DNA of 64,000 bases from an uncultured Bacteroidales bacterium (GCA_903824935.1 CAIJYT010000078.1:1-64000); one strand, 5' to 3'; counted from the first letter of the stretch, positions 39,442-50,319 are shown. The notes: generated by a model not told the origin, from the sequence alone. Translations and numbers: made by a program.

Positions 39442-42400
39442 AATCCCGTATCCCCCCATTTCATCAATGCACGCACCAGTTCCTTCACAAAGGGGCGGGC
39501 AATGACCGAAACATGATTCCCGGGAATATTAACAACCGACAGATCATGCTGGATCCATAGCCCCCAATCCAGATCTGAAGACCTTTCCGGAACCATGGCC
39601 TGCCCGTCAAACGGAGGCAATGCATCCTGGGCCCTGATCAGCAGGGTTTTCCCTTCAAAAGAGCCCGGCCGGCAGGCCGCCGTGATCTCATTATGATAGA
39701 TCATCAGATCGAGATATCCGTGAAAATCGCTGATCTTCATGTCGGGCGGTACAAGGTTGGCCCATATAAACGCTTTAAGAAATACCTCTGACTGGGCTAC
39801 CGGTTCTTTCCCTCTCAGATCTGCGGCGCTTATCCCAAGCGGGCGGCCCACCAGATAGGCTACCTTGCCTGCAAAAGCAAGCATCCGGTCAATAGGATCG
39901 ATGGTAATGGCTGTATATTCAGGTTCCGCTTTAACCGGTGCCATCTGATCAATGATCATCAGCCGGGGGTTTACTCCCGAGGATTCCCCGACCTGTCTTG
40001 CCATCTCAAATGCAATGAGCGCTCCCATAGACCATCCTGCAAATACTACATCATCGATGCAGGTTGGCAGATTGATCTCTTCAAGATAAAAACGGGCCAT
40101 ATCGCTTACGCTGTCAACTTTTTTACCCGACAGTCCCGACGCCTGCAATCCGTAAATCGAATAATCCATTCCCAGCTCCCGGGCCAGCTCATAGTAACAG
40201 AGCACATTGCCGCCGGCCGGATGAACCAGGTACAACTGCTTTTTCCCGTTACCCGGCCTGATCGGGACCAGGGAGGAGGGCTTCTGCTTTAAGCCTGATT
40301 CCCTGAGAAGCTCAGCCAAAGCCATCACGCTCCCCCTTTCGAACAAGGTAGCCAGTGGAAGATGAACATGAAACTCCTTCTCGATTGAAGCAAAAAGCTG
40401 TATTGCAAGAAGGGAATGACCGCCCAGATCGAAAAACCCATCGCCTATACCCAACTCCTGAAGCTTCAGTACTTCTCTGAAAATATTGACCAGCCTGAGC
40501 TCGGTAAGATCACGGGGCGGTGCCAATGAACGGGAAGTTTCATCCCGGGTCCCGGTCATCCGCCTTAATTCCTTAAAATCGGTTTTTCCGTTGGATGTGA
40601 GTGGAAAAAGCTCAATCACATAAAAAACCGAGGGGATCATATATGATGGTAAACGATGTGAAAGCCATTGCCTGAGTTCGTTCTCATCATAAACAAAGCC
40701 CTGTTTCAGACTGATGGCCGCCTGCACTGAACTCACCGAAGAAACGTGTTCAGGAACGAGTACCACAGCCTGTTCAACCGCTATAAATTCATTCAGTACA
40801 TTCTCAATCTCACGGGTTTCTACCCGGTAGCCCCTGATCTTGATCTGATGATCGCTGCGGCCAAGGAAGACAACTGATCCGTCATCCTGCATCCTTCCCA
40901 GATCACCCGTACGGTAAATACGCTCCCCTTTCAGGAAAGGATCGTCAGCAAACTTTTCACTGCTTAGCTGAGGCTGGTTCAGATATCCACGGGAAATATT
41001 ATGTCCACTCAATATGATTTCTCCGGGAATACCTTTCGGGAGGAGCTGAAGATCTTCGCCGGTGATATAAACTGCCGTATTATCGAGCGGAAACCCGATT
41101 GGAAAAATGAGCTGTTCCGGAGCAGGATTAACAGGGATCTCCCAGGTAAGCGAGCCGATAGTGGCTTCAGTGGGACCATAATGGTTAAGGATTCTGAGCA
41201 AAGGAGCGAGGTTTCTGAGCTGTTTGACAATTTCCGCACTGCATTTTTCACCCCCGAGCATCAGCAGTTTATGCGGTAAAAGACTGGCAGCCCGTGATGA
41301 ATGGAGCAGACTCATCATGTGAGAAGGCACGATCTTAAGGCAATCAACCGGCTGGCGATGGAACCAATCGGCCAACAGAGATGCATCGGTCGAATGATCT
41401 TCAGGAATTATCACGACCTCGCCGCCATGGATCAGGGGAGGGAATATCATTGTGTTGCCGAGGTCGGCGGCAATGGATGAAATAGTGGCAAAGGAATCAC
41501 CGGCTTCCATCTTCATCCTCTCCCACACTGCTTTTGAGTAATTAAGCAGCTGGCCGGATCCGATACAAACTCCCTTGGGATTTCCCGTTGTTCCCGAGGT
41601 ATAGATCACATACGACAGTTGATCGCCACCAGGAAGGTCAGGTAAAGTAAGAGTCTCAGAAACCTCATCTCCGGCGATCAGCTTACTGTAAAGAAGGACA
41701 GGAATGCCTGTCCCGGCAAGCCTTTTAGACAACTCCTCTGTGCTGATGGTCCGCTTCAGTGAAGCATCTTGTGCAATAAACTTAAGCCTTTCTTCAGGAA
41801 TACCGCTATCCAGGGGAACATAAGCTCCGCCTGCTTTTAAGATTCCCAGGATAGAAATAATGAGGGATGCCTCGCGGGGAAGAAGTATACCAACCAGATC
41901 TCCCTTTCTTATCCCCTCTTTGGCGAGAGTATTTGCAAGCTGACCGGAAACCATGTCAAGCTCCCGGTAAGTGATCTGCTGGTGGATATCGCGTATGGCT
42001 TTTAAATCGGGTGTTGCCCTGGCCTGTGCCCTGAATTCATCAAGCCAGGAAGCAGGCGAATTCACTCCTGGTTCAGTGTAAACTGAAGGCTTTCCTCTGC
42101 AGAGCGATCGCTGGTCAGCCGGGAACCAGGCCAGCCTGCCGCATGATTCATCGGGATGGCTTATGATGGAGGTCATCAGAATCTTGTAGTTGATCAGCAT
42201 CTTCTGAATCGTCTGACGAAGGAATATCTCGCGTGGATAAGTCACCGAGAGGATCAGCCCCTGGTTCGCCTCCTCAACCCAGAAATTCAGGTCAAACTTG
42301 GAATAGGAATAATCAATGCTCTCGGGTTTCACTACAAGGCCTTTGACGCTGTATAGAGAAGGGATGTTCTGATGTACAAAGTGAACCTGGAAAACAGGGT

Positions 42401-43577
42401 TGGTACTCAGGTTACGGTCGGGTTTTACCTCCTCGATGAGCTTTTCAAAAGGAAGTTCCTGCCTCATAAAAGCCTGCTGGGAATAGGTTTTTATATGATT
42501 CAGAAAGTTTATTGCCGTAAGGTTTTCATCAGTTTTCACCCGCATCGGAAGAGTATTGATAAAAAGCCCCATGGTATTCTGGAACGAAAGCTGATTTCTT
42601 CTTGCAACCGGAACGCCAATCATGATATCCTTTTGACCGCTGTACTTTGACATTAGCAAACCGAAAACTCCGAAAAGCAGATGAAACAGGGTAATATTTT
42701 CGCGCTGGCAGAATTGCCGGAGTTTTTCGGTTTCCGCAGCGTCTATGGCATTAACTTCTTTGCTCCCGTGGTGCGACATTACAGCAGGCCTTTGAAAGTC
42801 TAGCGGCAGGCGCAGGGGTTCAGGCAGTCCGGCTAACTGGGTTTTCCAGAAATCAAGCTGTTCTTTGTAAACGGGAGTGAGCATCCAGTCCTTTTCCCAT
42901 TTCACAAAATCAATATACTGGTATTCCGGGCCGGCGAATGGCATAGGTTCTTTGCTTTCAAGAGCCGCGTAGGTCATCGAAAGTTCTTTTGCAAACAGCG
43001 CATTCGACCATCCATCTGAGATGATATGATGGGGATTGATCAGAAGAATGTATTCCAGATCGTCCAGGTGAAGCACATCGAAACGAAGTAACGGAAGCTG
43101 GCCGAGGGGGATTACGGTTTTCCCGTGTTCGAGAGCCAGGGTCATGGCCTTAGTTTCTTTTTCGTTCAATGGCAGAGTACGGAGATCCCGGTAAATTATC
43201 TCAGGTTTACCGCATGCATGAACATGTTGCACCGGATTTCCGTTCATCACATCGAAGGTAGTTCGAAGGATCTCATGCCGTTCGGTGAGGAGTCCGAGGC
43301 TCTGAGCAAGGATATCGATATTCAGGGGAAACACTGCCGACATCCTGAGGGCGACCGGATTGTTATATATGGCTTCTCCCTCGGTGAGGTTATGAAGGAA
43401 CCACATCCTTTCCTGCGCTTTTGACAAAGGATAGATTCCCCCGGGGTTCCGTTCCATTTTAGGAGGTCTCCCAATCCTCGGGGCTGAATCATCCCTTCCC
43501 TTTCGGAGCAGTGCTTTCAGCTGATCGGGACTTAATCCCGACAGGCGTTCATTCAGTGATTTTTCCTGCTTCGCCAT
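39438..43577 (-). CDS. NRPS termination module: C-A-T-TE (the track ORF extends to 43682; ATG 43577 is the likely start).
   Basis: C domain has LSKAQERMWFL and HHIISDGWS (HHxxxDG). A domain has YTSGTTGNPKG and NYGPTE. T domain has FFDLGGHSLLAIQL. TE domain has GWSMGALIAFEMA (GxSxG). Confidence 0.9.
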   Translation of the reverse strand: MAKQEKSLNERLSGLSPDQLKALLRKGRDDSAPRIGRPPKMERNPGGIYPLSKAQERMWFLHNLTEGEAIYNNPVALRMSAVFPLNIDILAQSLGLLTERHEILRTTFDVMNGNPVQHVHACGKPEIIYRDLRTLPLNEKETKAMTLALEHGKTVIPLGQLPLLRFDVLHLDDLEYILLINPHHIISDGWSNALFAKELSMTYAALESKEPMPFAGPEYQYIDFVKWEKDWMLTPVYKEQLDFWKTQLAGLPEPLRLPLDFQRPAVMSHHGSKEVNAIDAAETEKLRQFCQRENITLFHLLFGVFGLLMSKYSGQKDIMIGVPVARRNQLSFQNTMGLFINTLPMRVKTDENLTAINFLNHIKTYSQQAFMRQELPFEKLIEEVKPDRNLSTNPVFQVHFVHQNIPSLYSVKGLVVKPESIDYSYSKFDLNFWVEEANQGLILSVTYPREIFLRQTIQKMLINYKILMTSIISHPDESCGRLAWFPADQRSLCRGKPSVYTEPGVNSPASWLDEFRAQARATPDLKAIRDIHQQITYRELDMVSGQLANTLAKEGIRKGDLVGILLPREASLIISILGILKAGGAYVPLDSGIPEERLKFIAQDASLKRTISTEELSKRLAGTGIPVLLYSKLIAGDEVSETLTLPDLPGGDQLSYVIYTSGTTGNPKGVCIGSGQLLNYSKAVWERMKMEAGDSFATISSIAADLGNTMIFPPLIHGGEVVIIPEDHSTDASLLADWFHRQPVDCLKIVPSHMMSLLHSSRAASLLPHKLLMLGGEKCSAEIVKQLRNLAPLLRILNHYGPTEATIGSLTWEIPVNPAPEQLIFPIGFPLDNTAVYITGEDLQLLPKGIPGEIILSGHNISRGYLNQPQLSSEKFADDPFLKGERIYRTGDLGRMQDDGSVVFLGRSDHQIKIRGYRVETREIENVLNEFIAVEQAVVLVPEHVSSVSSVQAAISLKQGFVYDENELRQWLSHRLPSYMIPSVFYVIELFPLTSNGKTDFKELRRMTGTRDETSRSLAPPRDLTELRLVNIFREVLKLQELGIGDGFFDLGGHSLLAIQLFASIEKEFHVHLPLATLFERGSVMALAELLRESGLKQKPSSLVPIRPGNGKKQLYLVHPAGGNVLCYYELARELGMDYSIYGLQASGLSGKKVDSVSDMARFYLEEINLPTCIDDVVFAGWSMGALIAFEMARQVGESSGVNPRLMIIDQMAPVKAEPEYTAITIDPIDRMLAFAGKVAYLVGRPLGISAADLRGKEPVAQSEVFLKAFIWANLVPPDMKISDFHGYLDLMIYHNEITAACRPGSFEGKTLLIRAQDALPPFDGQAMVPERSSDLDWGLWIQHDLSVVNIPGNHVSVIARPFVKELVRALMKWGDTGL

Positions 43578-43588
43578 GGCCTGTTGGA

Positions 43589-44734
43589 TCAGGGGTAAGT
43601 AAGGACCAGCTTCCCAATATGTTTTGAGCGCGACATGGCAGTGAGAGCTTCTTTTAGCTGTCGGACAGGGTAGGTCACGCAAGGAATCGGTTTAAAAAGC
43701 CCGGAATTGAAAAGCCCGGCGATTTCCGTGAGCTGTTCTTTCAGCCTGCGCGGCTGTACCAGGTACAACGAAATATCGAGTACCGAAAAAGTGATCCCTT
43801 TGCTGAATATGCCCATCGGCAGAAGGGTGTTCTTCGCGATATCCTTTTTATCGATCTGAATAAACCGGCCAAAGGGTGCAAGTATCTCCAATCCTTTCAT
43901 CATGCCATCTCCCGAAAGAGTATTCAAAACGACATCGACTCCCCTGCCCCTGGTCAGTTTCATGATTTCTTCGCCAAATAAAACGGACCTTGAATCCATC
44001 GGATGAACGATTCCTCTTTTTATAAGGAATTCCCTCTTCTCTGGTGATCCTGCCGTTGCATATATCCCTGCCTTCCTCCATTCTGCAATTTCCAGAGCGG
44101 CAAGGCCCACTCCGCCGGTAGCTGTATGGATCAGTACCGATTCGCCTTCAGCAATATTTGCCAGACGTATCAGGCCTGAGAATGCCGTGAGGAAAACCGT
44201 GGGGACCGCGGCTGCTTCTTCAAAGCTCAGTCCATGAGGTTTTGGTACAACCTGCAGTTGTGAAAGGTTGAAAACATTGATGAAATGGCTCCCAGGCTGC
44301 ACTTTCCCGTCGATGAAAGTGCCCGCCGACAAGGCAATTACCTCATCTCCTTCTTTGATCCCACTCACTCCGGGGCCCACACGGGTAACTACCCCGGCAT
44401 AATCGGAACCCATATTGGAAGGGACCCCGGGAGCCTCTGGGTATTGTCCCATGGCAATCATCAGGTCGCGGTAGTTCAGGCTTGCTGCAAGGGCTTTCAC
44501 CTGTACATAGCCTTCGGGAGGATCAGCGGCCTTTGCTTCCCTGAAGCTGATATTCAATGAACCGGGATTACCGGGATCGCAGGAAAAACAATCCGGCAGT
44601 TGTAACTCTTCCTTTTCCGGTTTATTCTGATTCCCGGCGCCCTTCGCAGAAGCATAGCCAAGACGTTTCAACAGCATCTCCTTCTGCTCAGGCGACAAAC
44701 CTGCAATTTTTTTCAGAAGTTCATCATTGTTCAT
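43589..44734 (-). CDS. Discrete (trans-acting) PKS-type enoyl reductase, MDR superfamily.
   Basis: Motifs VKALAASLNYRDLMIAMGQYP (PKS-ER LNFRD-type) and HTATGGVGLAALEIA (NADPH-binding), plus an N-terminal ~60-aa extension. Confidence 0.75.
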   Translation of the reverse strand: MNNDELLKKIAGLSPEQKEMLLKRLGYASAKGAGNQNKPEKEELQLPDCFSCDPGNPGSLNISFREAKAADPPEGYVQVKALAASLNYRDLMIAMGQYPEAPGVPSNMGSDYAGVVTRVGPGVSGIKEGDEVIALSAGTFIDGKVQPGSHFINVFNLSQLQVVPKPHGLSFEEAAAVPTVFLTAFSGLIRLANIAEGESVLIHTATGGVGLAALEIAEWRKAGIYATAGSPEKREFLIKRGIVHPMDSRSVLFGEEIMKLTRGRGVDVVLNTLSGDGMMKGLEILAPFGRFIQIDKKDIAKNTLLPMGIFSKGITFSVLDISLYLVQPRRLKEQLTEIAGLFNSGLFKPIPCVTYPVRQLKEALTAMSRSKHIGKLVLTYP

Positions 44735-47700
44735 CTTCCATCTCTTTCAGCAATGCTTCAATTTCATCGGATCCTTTCGCGGCAATGATCATTTCGACGA
44801 TCCTGTCGGATAATCCTTTCACGGTCGGATTTTCGAAAAATACGTTCGGCTGGAGTTCAAGGTCAAACTCATCCGCAATATTAGATATTGTTTGTATTGC
44901 CAGCAGCGAATTTCCCCCGAGTTCCATAAAGGTATCATTCACTCCTATCTTGTCAATGCCCAGAATTCCTTTCCAGATTTCGGCCACTGCAATTTCGATC
45001 TCGGTCGATGGAGCCTCAAAAACAGTAGATAACTGCGGCCGCTCATAAGTAGATGCATTTCCTTTCTTCTCTTCTTCCTTTTCCAGTTTTTCCTTTTTTT
45101 TGTATGAAGGTCTTTCCTCAAGGATGTCCTGGTTCAGGTCGGTTGTGTTGACTATGATCTGGGGGAACTGCTTATAATTGAGAAGGCGTTTAAACACTTC
45201 AATGCCCTCATCGGGGAGTATGTCATTTTTTCCGGCTAAGGAGATGGTTTCCTGGACAGGTTTCGGCGCTGCATCTTTTGACATCGAACTTTTATATCCG
45301 CCGAGATTCTGTTGCAGCCGGCGGAATGAAACCTGATCGATGCTTACAAGCAGGCGGTTTTCCAAATCCAGAAGCTTTACTTCAAATTTCAATTCTTCAT
45401 CCCCCGGTTTCCATTCATCACTGATTCTGAGATAGCACCAAAAACAGGCTGGAAGAGGATTATGCACCCGAATATTTTTATATGAATACGGGAGATACAG
45501 ATTCATGTCGACATATTGTATACAGCTTGATGTGGCTACATCAAGCATGGCCGGATGAAGAGTGAAATAGTTCAGGTCATCAAGAAACTCATCCCTTAAT
45601 TTGATTTCAATGAGGAATTCCTTGCCGTTGTATTGGGCCGACTTCTTGCAATCCCAACGGTTACTGTATTTTAAAACGGACCTGTTTTCTTCATTCATCA
45701 ATTCCAGGAAATGAGGTATGTGGTCGGTCTTTCCTCCGATTTGTTTTGAAAGCACCTCAATGTTGATACTTGCGGAAGGCAATTCTGCGACTATCCTGAA
45801 TTCCCCTTTAACATGATCCATCCATATCTCCCGGGCAGATTCGCCTTTTAATTCCTTACTGCTTATGCGGAATGCCCATGCATCGCCCGAAGGCTTGACC
45901 ATTAAACGCAGATTCCTGCGGATCCCTTCGTCATAAATAAGTGGAGTGACGAATGAAAAGTTCAGGACTTCAAGATGACCAGCCGGATTTTTGATTTTGG
46001 CATAGAGGTTGAGGATCTCCAGGGTGGAAATCCCCAGAAATGCAGGCTTCCCCGACAGGAGGTGAGAGCTTAACACCCAGTCGCGTTCGGGATCAAGGTC
46101 GAGCTGATAAATATCCTGATCCTGATCTGATGACTGAAATACCAGCCTTATGCCGTTCCTGGTTTCTGTTTGTTTTAATGCCTTGCCCGATTGTAACAGC
46201 TGTTTTTTCTCGGCTTTGGTTTTCTCCCAGCTGGCGGCCATGCCAACGATTCCCCATTGGGCCCAGTTAACTGAAAGCGTGCCATCGCCGGTTAACCCTT
46301 TGCGGTACTGTGCAAAAGAATCCATAAAGGCGTTGGAACCACAATAGTCAATCCTGGCTGCTTCTCCGAAAATCGAAGAAACAGAAGAAAACAGGAAGAA
46401 GAAATCGAGCTTCCTGTCTTTGAAAATATCATGCAGAATGAGCGTTCCGTTTAATTTGGAGTTCAGCACGAGCTCGGCTTGTTCTTTATCTTTAAGTGCG
46501 ATGACGCCACCTCCGGGCATGCCGGCCGAATGCAGCACCCCGCAGAATGGTCCGGATTCCTTCTCAATATCAGTTACGAGCTTCCTGGTTCCTTCATAAT
46601 CGGAAGCATCCAATTGGGCAAGAATCACCTTTGAGCCCAGTGATTCCAGCTCCGCAAGATCCCTTACCCGGCTTGCAGCTGAGTCATCAGGTCCTGTAGC
46701 TTCAACAATCGATGCCCATTCGCCGCGGGGTGGCAAGGATGAACGATGAGTGAGTACCAGAGTAGCTTTTACCGTGCGGGCTATAAATTTGGCAAGTTCC
46801 ATCCCGATTCCGCTTACGCCGCCAGTGATCAGGTAAACTCCATGATTGGCCAGGGAGTTCTCTGCAAGCACTCCGTTTTCAGCACATATTGGAGTATAAT
46901 CTTCAACCCAGCGGTAGCCATTACGGTAAGCGGCAATGGTGTCATCAGTTGCCAGGCGGCATTCGTTGATCACAGCAGAACCCAATTCTTTCAATTGTTC
47001 AGAGTCCGAAGCAGAGGGAAGATCAACCAGGCGGGCAATGAATCCGGGATGTTCCTGTCCGATAACGCGTGCAGCACCCACAGCCAGGGCCTTTTCAGGG
47101 GAGAGAACCACCTGGCCGGTAACATCATACAGATGATTTATTACAAAAAGTAAAAATTGGTTTTTCACAAATCCTTCACTGATGAGGGCTTGCTCAAGGT
47201 ATAAAGGTCCGTAGAAATTATCTGTGGCAAGTTGCCCGGCATGAAGCGGGTGAAGATGTCCCGAATGAGGTTTCTGGGAGTAATTCCAGGCATAGATAAT
47301 ATTATTGGGCTTACGGTCTTCTGATTTAATCGTATTTATTAACCGGGAAAAATGCTCCTTGCACGTGGGATCAATACTATAATTGTCTTTCTCGTGAATG
47401 AATTCATTTCCTTTTTTTACGTTCAGGCAGGGAATGCCTGTTTCATTCAGTTTGCTGCGAATCGCCTCGCAAAGGCCCTCCTCATCTTCAAACAGAAGCC
47501 AGCATGCTTTTTCGGAACTTTCTTCAGCTGAAGCCATGCCGTTAATCGGAATAAGTTGCGGAGGGGCCGATCTTTTCCATCCGGGAATATAAAACCATTG
47601 ATTGATATCGGGTTTCTTTTTGTTTTCCGGTTTGGCTTTGTCGGCGTTATTATGCGAAAAGTCGATCTTATAGGGTTTTCGTTCAAAGGGATAACCCGGG

Positions 47701-50306
47701 TATGAGATGAGTTTTCTCTTGCTTTTATCAAATAGCTCCCAGTTGAAATAATCTCCGCCGGCCCAGATCTGGCCAAGGGCCGAATAGAAATAGATCAAAG
47801 GATCGGCTTTATAATCCAATGCAGGTATCGTGCTGATGACCCCGTGCCCGCTGTCTTTTGCAAGTTGGCGTTTTACGGCCGATTCGAGTGACTGGCCGGG
47901 GCCTGATTCAACGAAAACGGCCAGAGCTGTATCCATACAGAGTACAGCTGCATCTGCAAAGCGTACGGTCTTGCGTACATGCTTCACCCAGAAATCGGGA
48001 TTGGTAGATTCTTCAGCGCTTAACCAATGCCCTGTAACTGTGGATGCGATGGGGATTGCAGGCGCTGAAAGCCTTATCTCTTTGAAAAATTCAGCAAATG
48101 CAGGCAACATGGGCTCCATCATAGCCGAATGGAAAGCGTGCGAAGTGGGAATCTTCTTATTAAATATTTTTGTTTTGTTCAGTTCAGCGGCAAACCGGTC
48201 AATAATATCCTCAGGCCCTGAAGCGACGCATAATCCGGGACTGTTTACAACGGCAATCTCAAGTCCTTCAGGAAGCATAAATCCCAGCTGTTGCTCGGTA
48301 AGCAGAATTGCAAGCATCGCCCCTCCCGGAAGGTCCTGAACAAGACGGCCCCTGCGGGCCACTGCTTTCAGCGCATCGTTAAGAGAAAACACACCTGAAA
48401 TAGCTGCTGCCACATATTCGCCAACACTATGACCGATAAGCATGTCGGGCTCCAGGCCCAGCGACATTAAAAGCTTTGCCTGGGCATAACTCACTATAAA
48501 CAGCGCCGGCTGGGTGATATACGTTTCATTTATCTTTATGGCAGCCATTTCTTCATCGGCAGCGGAAGGGAACAATACAGTCCGGATATCAAACCCCAGC
48601 TCCTCCTTAAGAATTTCCGCACATTTATCAATGGTATTCCTGAACACTTCCTGTGTCTTGTACAATGGCAGACCCATATTGATATATTGATTTCCCTGTC
48701 CCGGGAACATAAACACCAGCGGTCTTTTTGCGGATGATTTGACTGTTGTGGCAGTCTTCGCACCAAGACCTGCAAGTAATTCCTCCCTGTCGCGGAAAGG
48801 TATCGCTGCTCCATTCAGAAACTGATGCCTGCCATATCGCGAGGTATAAGCTATGTCGTGAGGATCAACCTCAGGAAATGATTCGAGAAAAGATTTGATC
48901 TCTGCCTGAGCAGCAGCAACGGCTTCCTTGCTGCGCCCGGAAACGAGCAGCAGGTCACAGGGGAGTTCCCGTATTTCTGTTTTAAGAGATGGTGGTTCCT
49001 CCAGAACTAAGCAGGCATTGGTTCCACCAACGCCAAAAGCATTCACCAGAGCACGAAGGGGGGCGCCGTTTTCAGGTTTCCACTCCCTGAGCGCCGTATT
49101 GACAAAGAACGGGCTATTGGGAAAATCAATTTTCGGATTTGCCTCATTGAAATGCAGGGAGGCAGGGATCTTTCTGGTCTTAAGGCATAGTGCGGTTTTA
49201 ATCAGACTGGCTGCGCCAGATGCGATATCGGTATGGCCGATGTTGGTTTTTACTGAACCGATAGCACAATATTGTTTGCGATCAGAATGCTGCCTGAATG
49301 CTTCCGAGAGGGATGCGACTTCAATGGGATCGCCGATAGGTGTAGCAGTTCCATGAGCTTCAACATAGGTTATAGAATCGGCCGAGATCTCTGATAACCC
49401 CAGGGCTTCGGTGATGACTTCCACCTGCCCTTCGACAGAAGGGGCAGTAAATCCCACTTTCTTGTTCCCGTCATTATTGATAGCGCCACCGAGAATAACG
49501 GCATAAATGTTATTGTTGTCACGAATAGCGTCTTCAAGGCGTTTGAGTATAACTATCCCGCAACCCCTGCTAAACACGGTCCCGTTGGCATCCTTGTCGA
49601 ACGTCCGGCAATGCCCGTCGGCCGATTCCATTCCTCCGGCCTGGTAAGGATATCCATGTTTCTCGGGTAATTCGATCGTGGCTCCCCCGGCAATGATCAT
49701 ATCGCACTGATAATTCATCAGGCTGTTGATCCCTGTGACCACTGCTACCAATGAAGTGGAACAAGCGCTCTGGACATCGAAACTCGGTCCTGTCAGATTC
49801 AGTTTATATGATACCCTTGTAGTGACGTAGTCCTTGTCGTTGCTGGTAACAATGGATGCTCCGCTGGCATTTTTTCTTACCCATTGATTCTCCATGGTCT
49901 GTATCAGATGCAGAGGCGTTCCAGTACCACCGAAAACCCCGATACGTTCTCTGGTATTATATGGGTCACAACCGGCATCTTCCAGAGCATGCCAGGCACA
50001 TTCCAGAAAAATGCGCTGCTGGGGATCCATCAGCTCAGCTTCCCGGGGTGTAAATCCGAAAAATTCCGCGTCGAAATACTCTGCTCCATTGATAATGCCC
50101 CTGTTCCTGATATAATTGGGTTGTTTAAACACTGCCGGGTCAACACCAGATGCAATCAGCTCCTCATCTGTAAAAGTGCTCAAGGTTTCCACTCCGTTCA
50201 GGAGGTTTTTCCAATATTCATAGATATTTATTGCCCCGGGGAGCCGGCAGGCCATGCCAATAATTGCAACTTTACCTTCCAGGTTTTTTACTTCATCTGT
50301 TTGCAT
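44724..50306 (-). CDS. Type I PKS module: KS-AT(malonyl)-KR-DH-like-carrier protein (the track ORF extends to 50486; ATG 50306 lies 13 nt after the upstream NRPS stop).
   Basis: KS has VAIIGMACRLPG, GPSFDVQSACSTSL (Cys), EAHGTATPIGD and NIGHT. AT has GHSVGEY with HAFHS (malonyl-type). KR has GGVSGIG...YCGSNAFMD. DH-like region has LSSHLLSGKP ... HPAMLDVATS. The C-terminal carrier has FMELGGNSLLAIQ. Confidence 0.9.
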   Translation of the reverse strand: MQTDEVKNLEGKVAIIGMACRLPGAINIYEYWKNLLNGVETLSTFTDEELIASGVDPAVFKQPNYIRNRGIINGAEYFDAEFFGFTPREAELMDPQQRIFLECAWHALEDAGCDPYNTRERIGVFGGTGTPLHLIQTMENQWVRKNASGASIVTSNDKDYVTTRVSYKLNLTGPSFDVQSACSTSLVAVVTGINSLMNYQCDMIIAGGATIELPEKHGYPYQAGGMESADGHCRTFDKDANGTVFSRGCGIVILKRLEDAIRDNNNIYAVILGGAINNDGNKKVGFTAPSVEGQVEVITEALGLSEISADSITYVEAHGTATPIGDPIEVASLSEAFRQHSDRKQYCAIGSVKTNIGHTDIASGAASLIKTALCLKTRKIPASLHFNEANPKIDFPNSPFFVNTALREWKPENGAPLRALVNAFGVGGTNACLVLEEPPSLKTEIRELPCDLLLVSGRSKEAVAAAQAEIKSFLESFPEVDPHDIAYTSRYGRHQFLNGAAIPFRDREELLAGLGAKTATTVKSSAKRPLVFMFPGQGNQYINMGLPLYKTQEVFRNTIDKCAEILKEELGFDIRTVLFPSAADEEMAAIKINETYITQPALFIVSYAQAKLLMSLGLEPDMLIGHSVGEYVAAAISGVFSLNDALKAVARRGRLVQDLPGGAMLAILLTEQQLGFMLPEGLEIAVVNSPGLCVASGPEDIIDRFAAELNKTKIFNKKIPTSHAFHSAMMEPMLPAFAEFFKEIRLSAPAIPIASTVTGHWLSAEESTNPDFWVKHVRKTVRFADAAVLCMDTALAVFVESGPGQSLESAVKRQLAKDSGHGVISTIPALDYKADPLIYFYSALGQIWAGGDYFNWELFDKSKRKLISYPGYPFERKPYKIDFSHNNADKAKPENKKKPDINQWFYIPGWKRSAPPQLIPINGMASAEESSEKACWLLFEDEEGLCEAIRSKLNETGIPCLNVKKGNEFIHEKDNYSIDPTCKEHFSRLINTIKSEDRKPNNIIYAWNYSQKPHSGHLHPLHAGQLATDNFYGPLYLEQALISEGFVKNQFLLFVINHLYDVTGQVVLSPEKALAVGAARVIGQEHPGFIARLVDLPSASDSEQLKELGSAVINECRLATDDTIAAYRNGYRWVEDYTPICAENGVLAENSLANHGVYLITGGVSGIGMELAKFIARTVKATLVLTHRSSLPPRGEWASIVEATGPDDSAASRVRDLAELESLGSKVILAQLDASDYEGTRKLVTDIEKESGPFCGVLHSAGMPGGGVIALKDKEQAELVLNSKLNGTLILHDIFKDRKLDFFFLFSSVSSIFGEAARIDYCGSNAFMDSFAQYRKGLTGDGTLSVNWAQWGIVGMAASWEKTKAEKKQLLQSGKALKQTETRNGIRLVFQSSDQDQDIYQLDLDPERDWVLSSHLLSGKPAFLGISTLEILNLYAKIKNPAGHLEVLNFSFVTPLIYDEGIRRNLRLMVKPSGDAWAFRISSKELKGESAREIWMDHVKGEFRIVAELPSASINIEVLSKQIGGKTDHIPHFLELMNEENRSVLKYSNRWDCKKSAQYNGKEFLIEIKLRDEFLDDLNYFTLHPAMLDVATSSCIQYVDMNLYLPYSYKNIRVHNPLPACFWCYLRISDEWKPGDEELKFEVKLLDLENRLLVSIDQVSFRRLQQNLGGYKSSMSKDAAPKPVQETISLAGKNDILPDEGIEVFKRLLNYKQFPQIIVNTTDLNQDILEERPSYKKKEKLEKEEEKKGNASTYERPQLSTVFEAPSTEIEIAVAEIWKGILGIDKIGVNDTFMELGGNSLLAIQTISNIADEFDLELQPNVFFENPTVKGLSDRIVEMIIAAKGSDEIEALLKEMEDEQ

Positions 50307-50319
50307 AAGTTGTAGTTTT

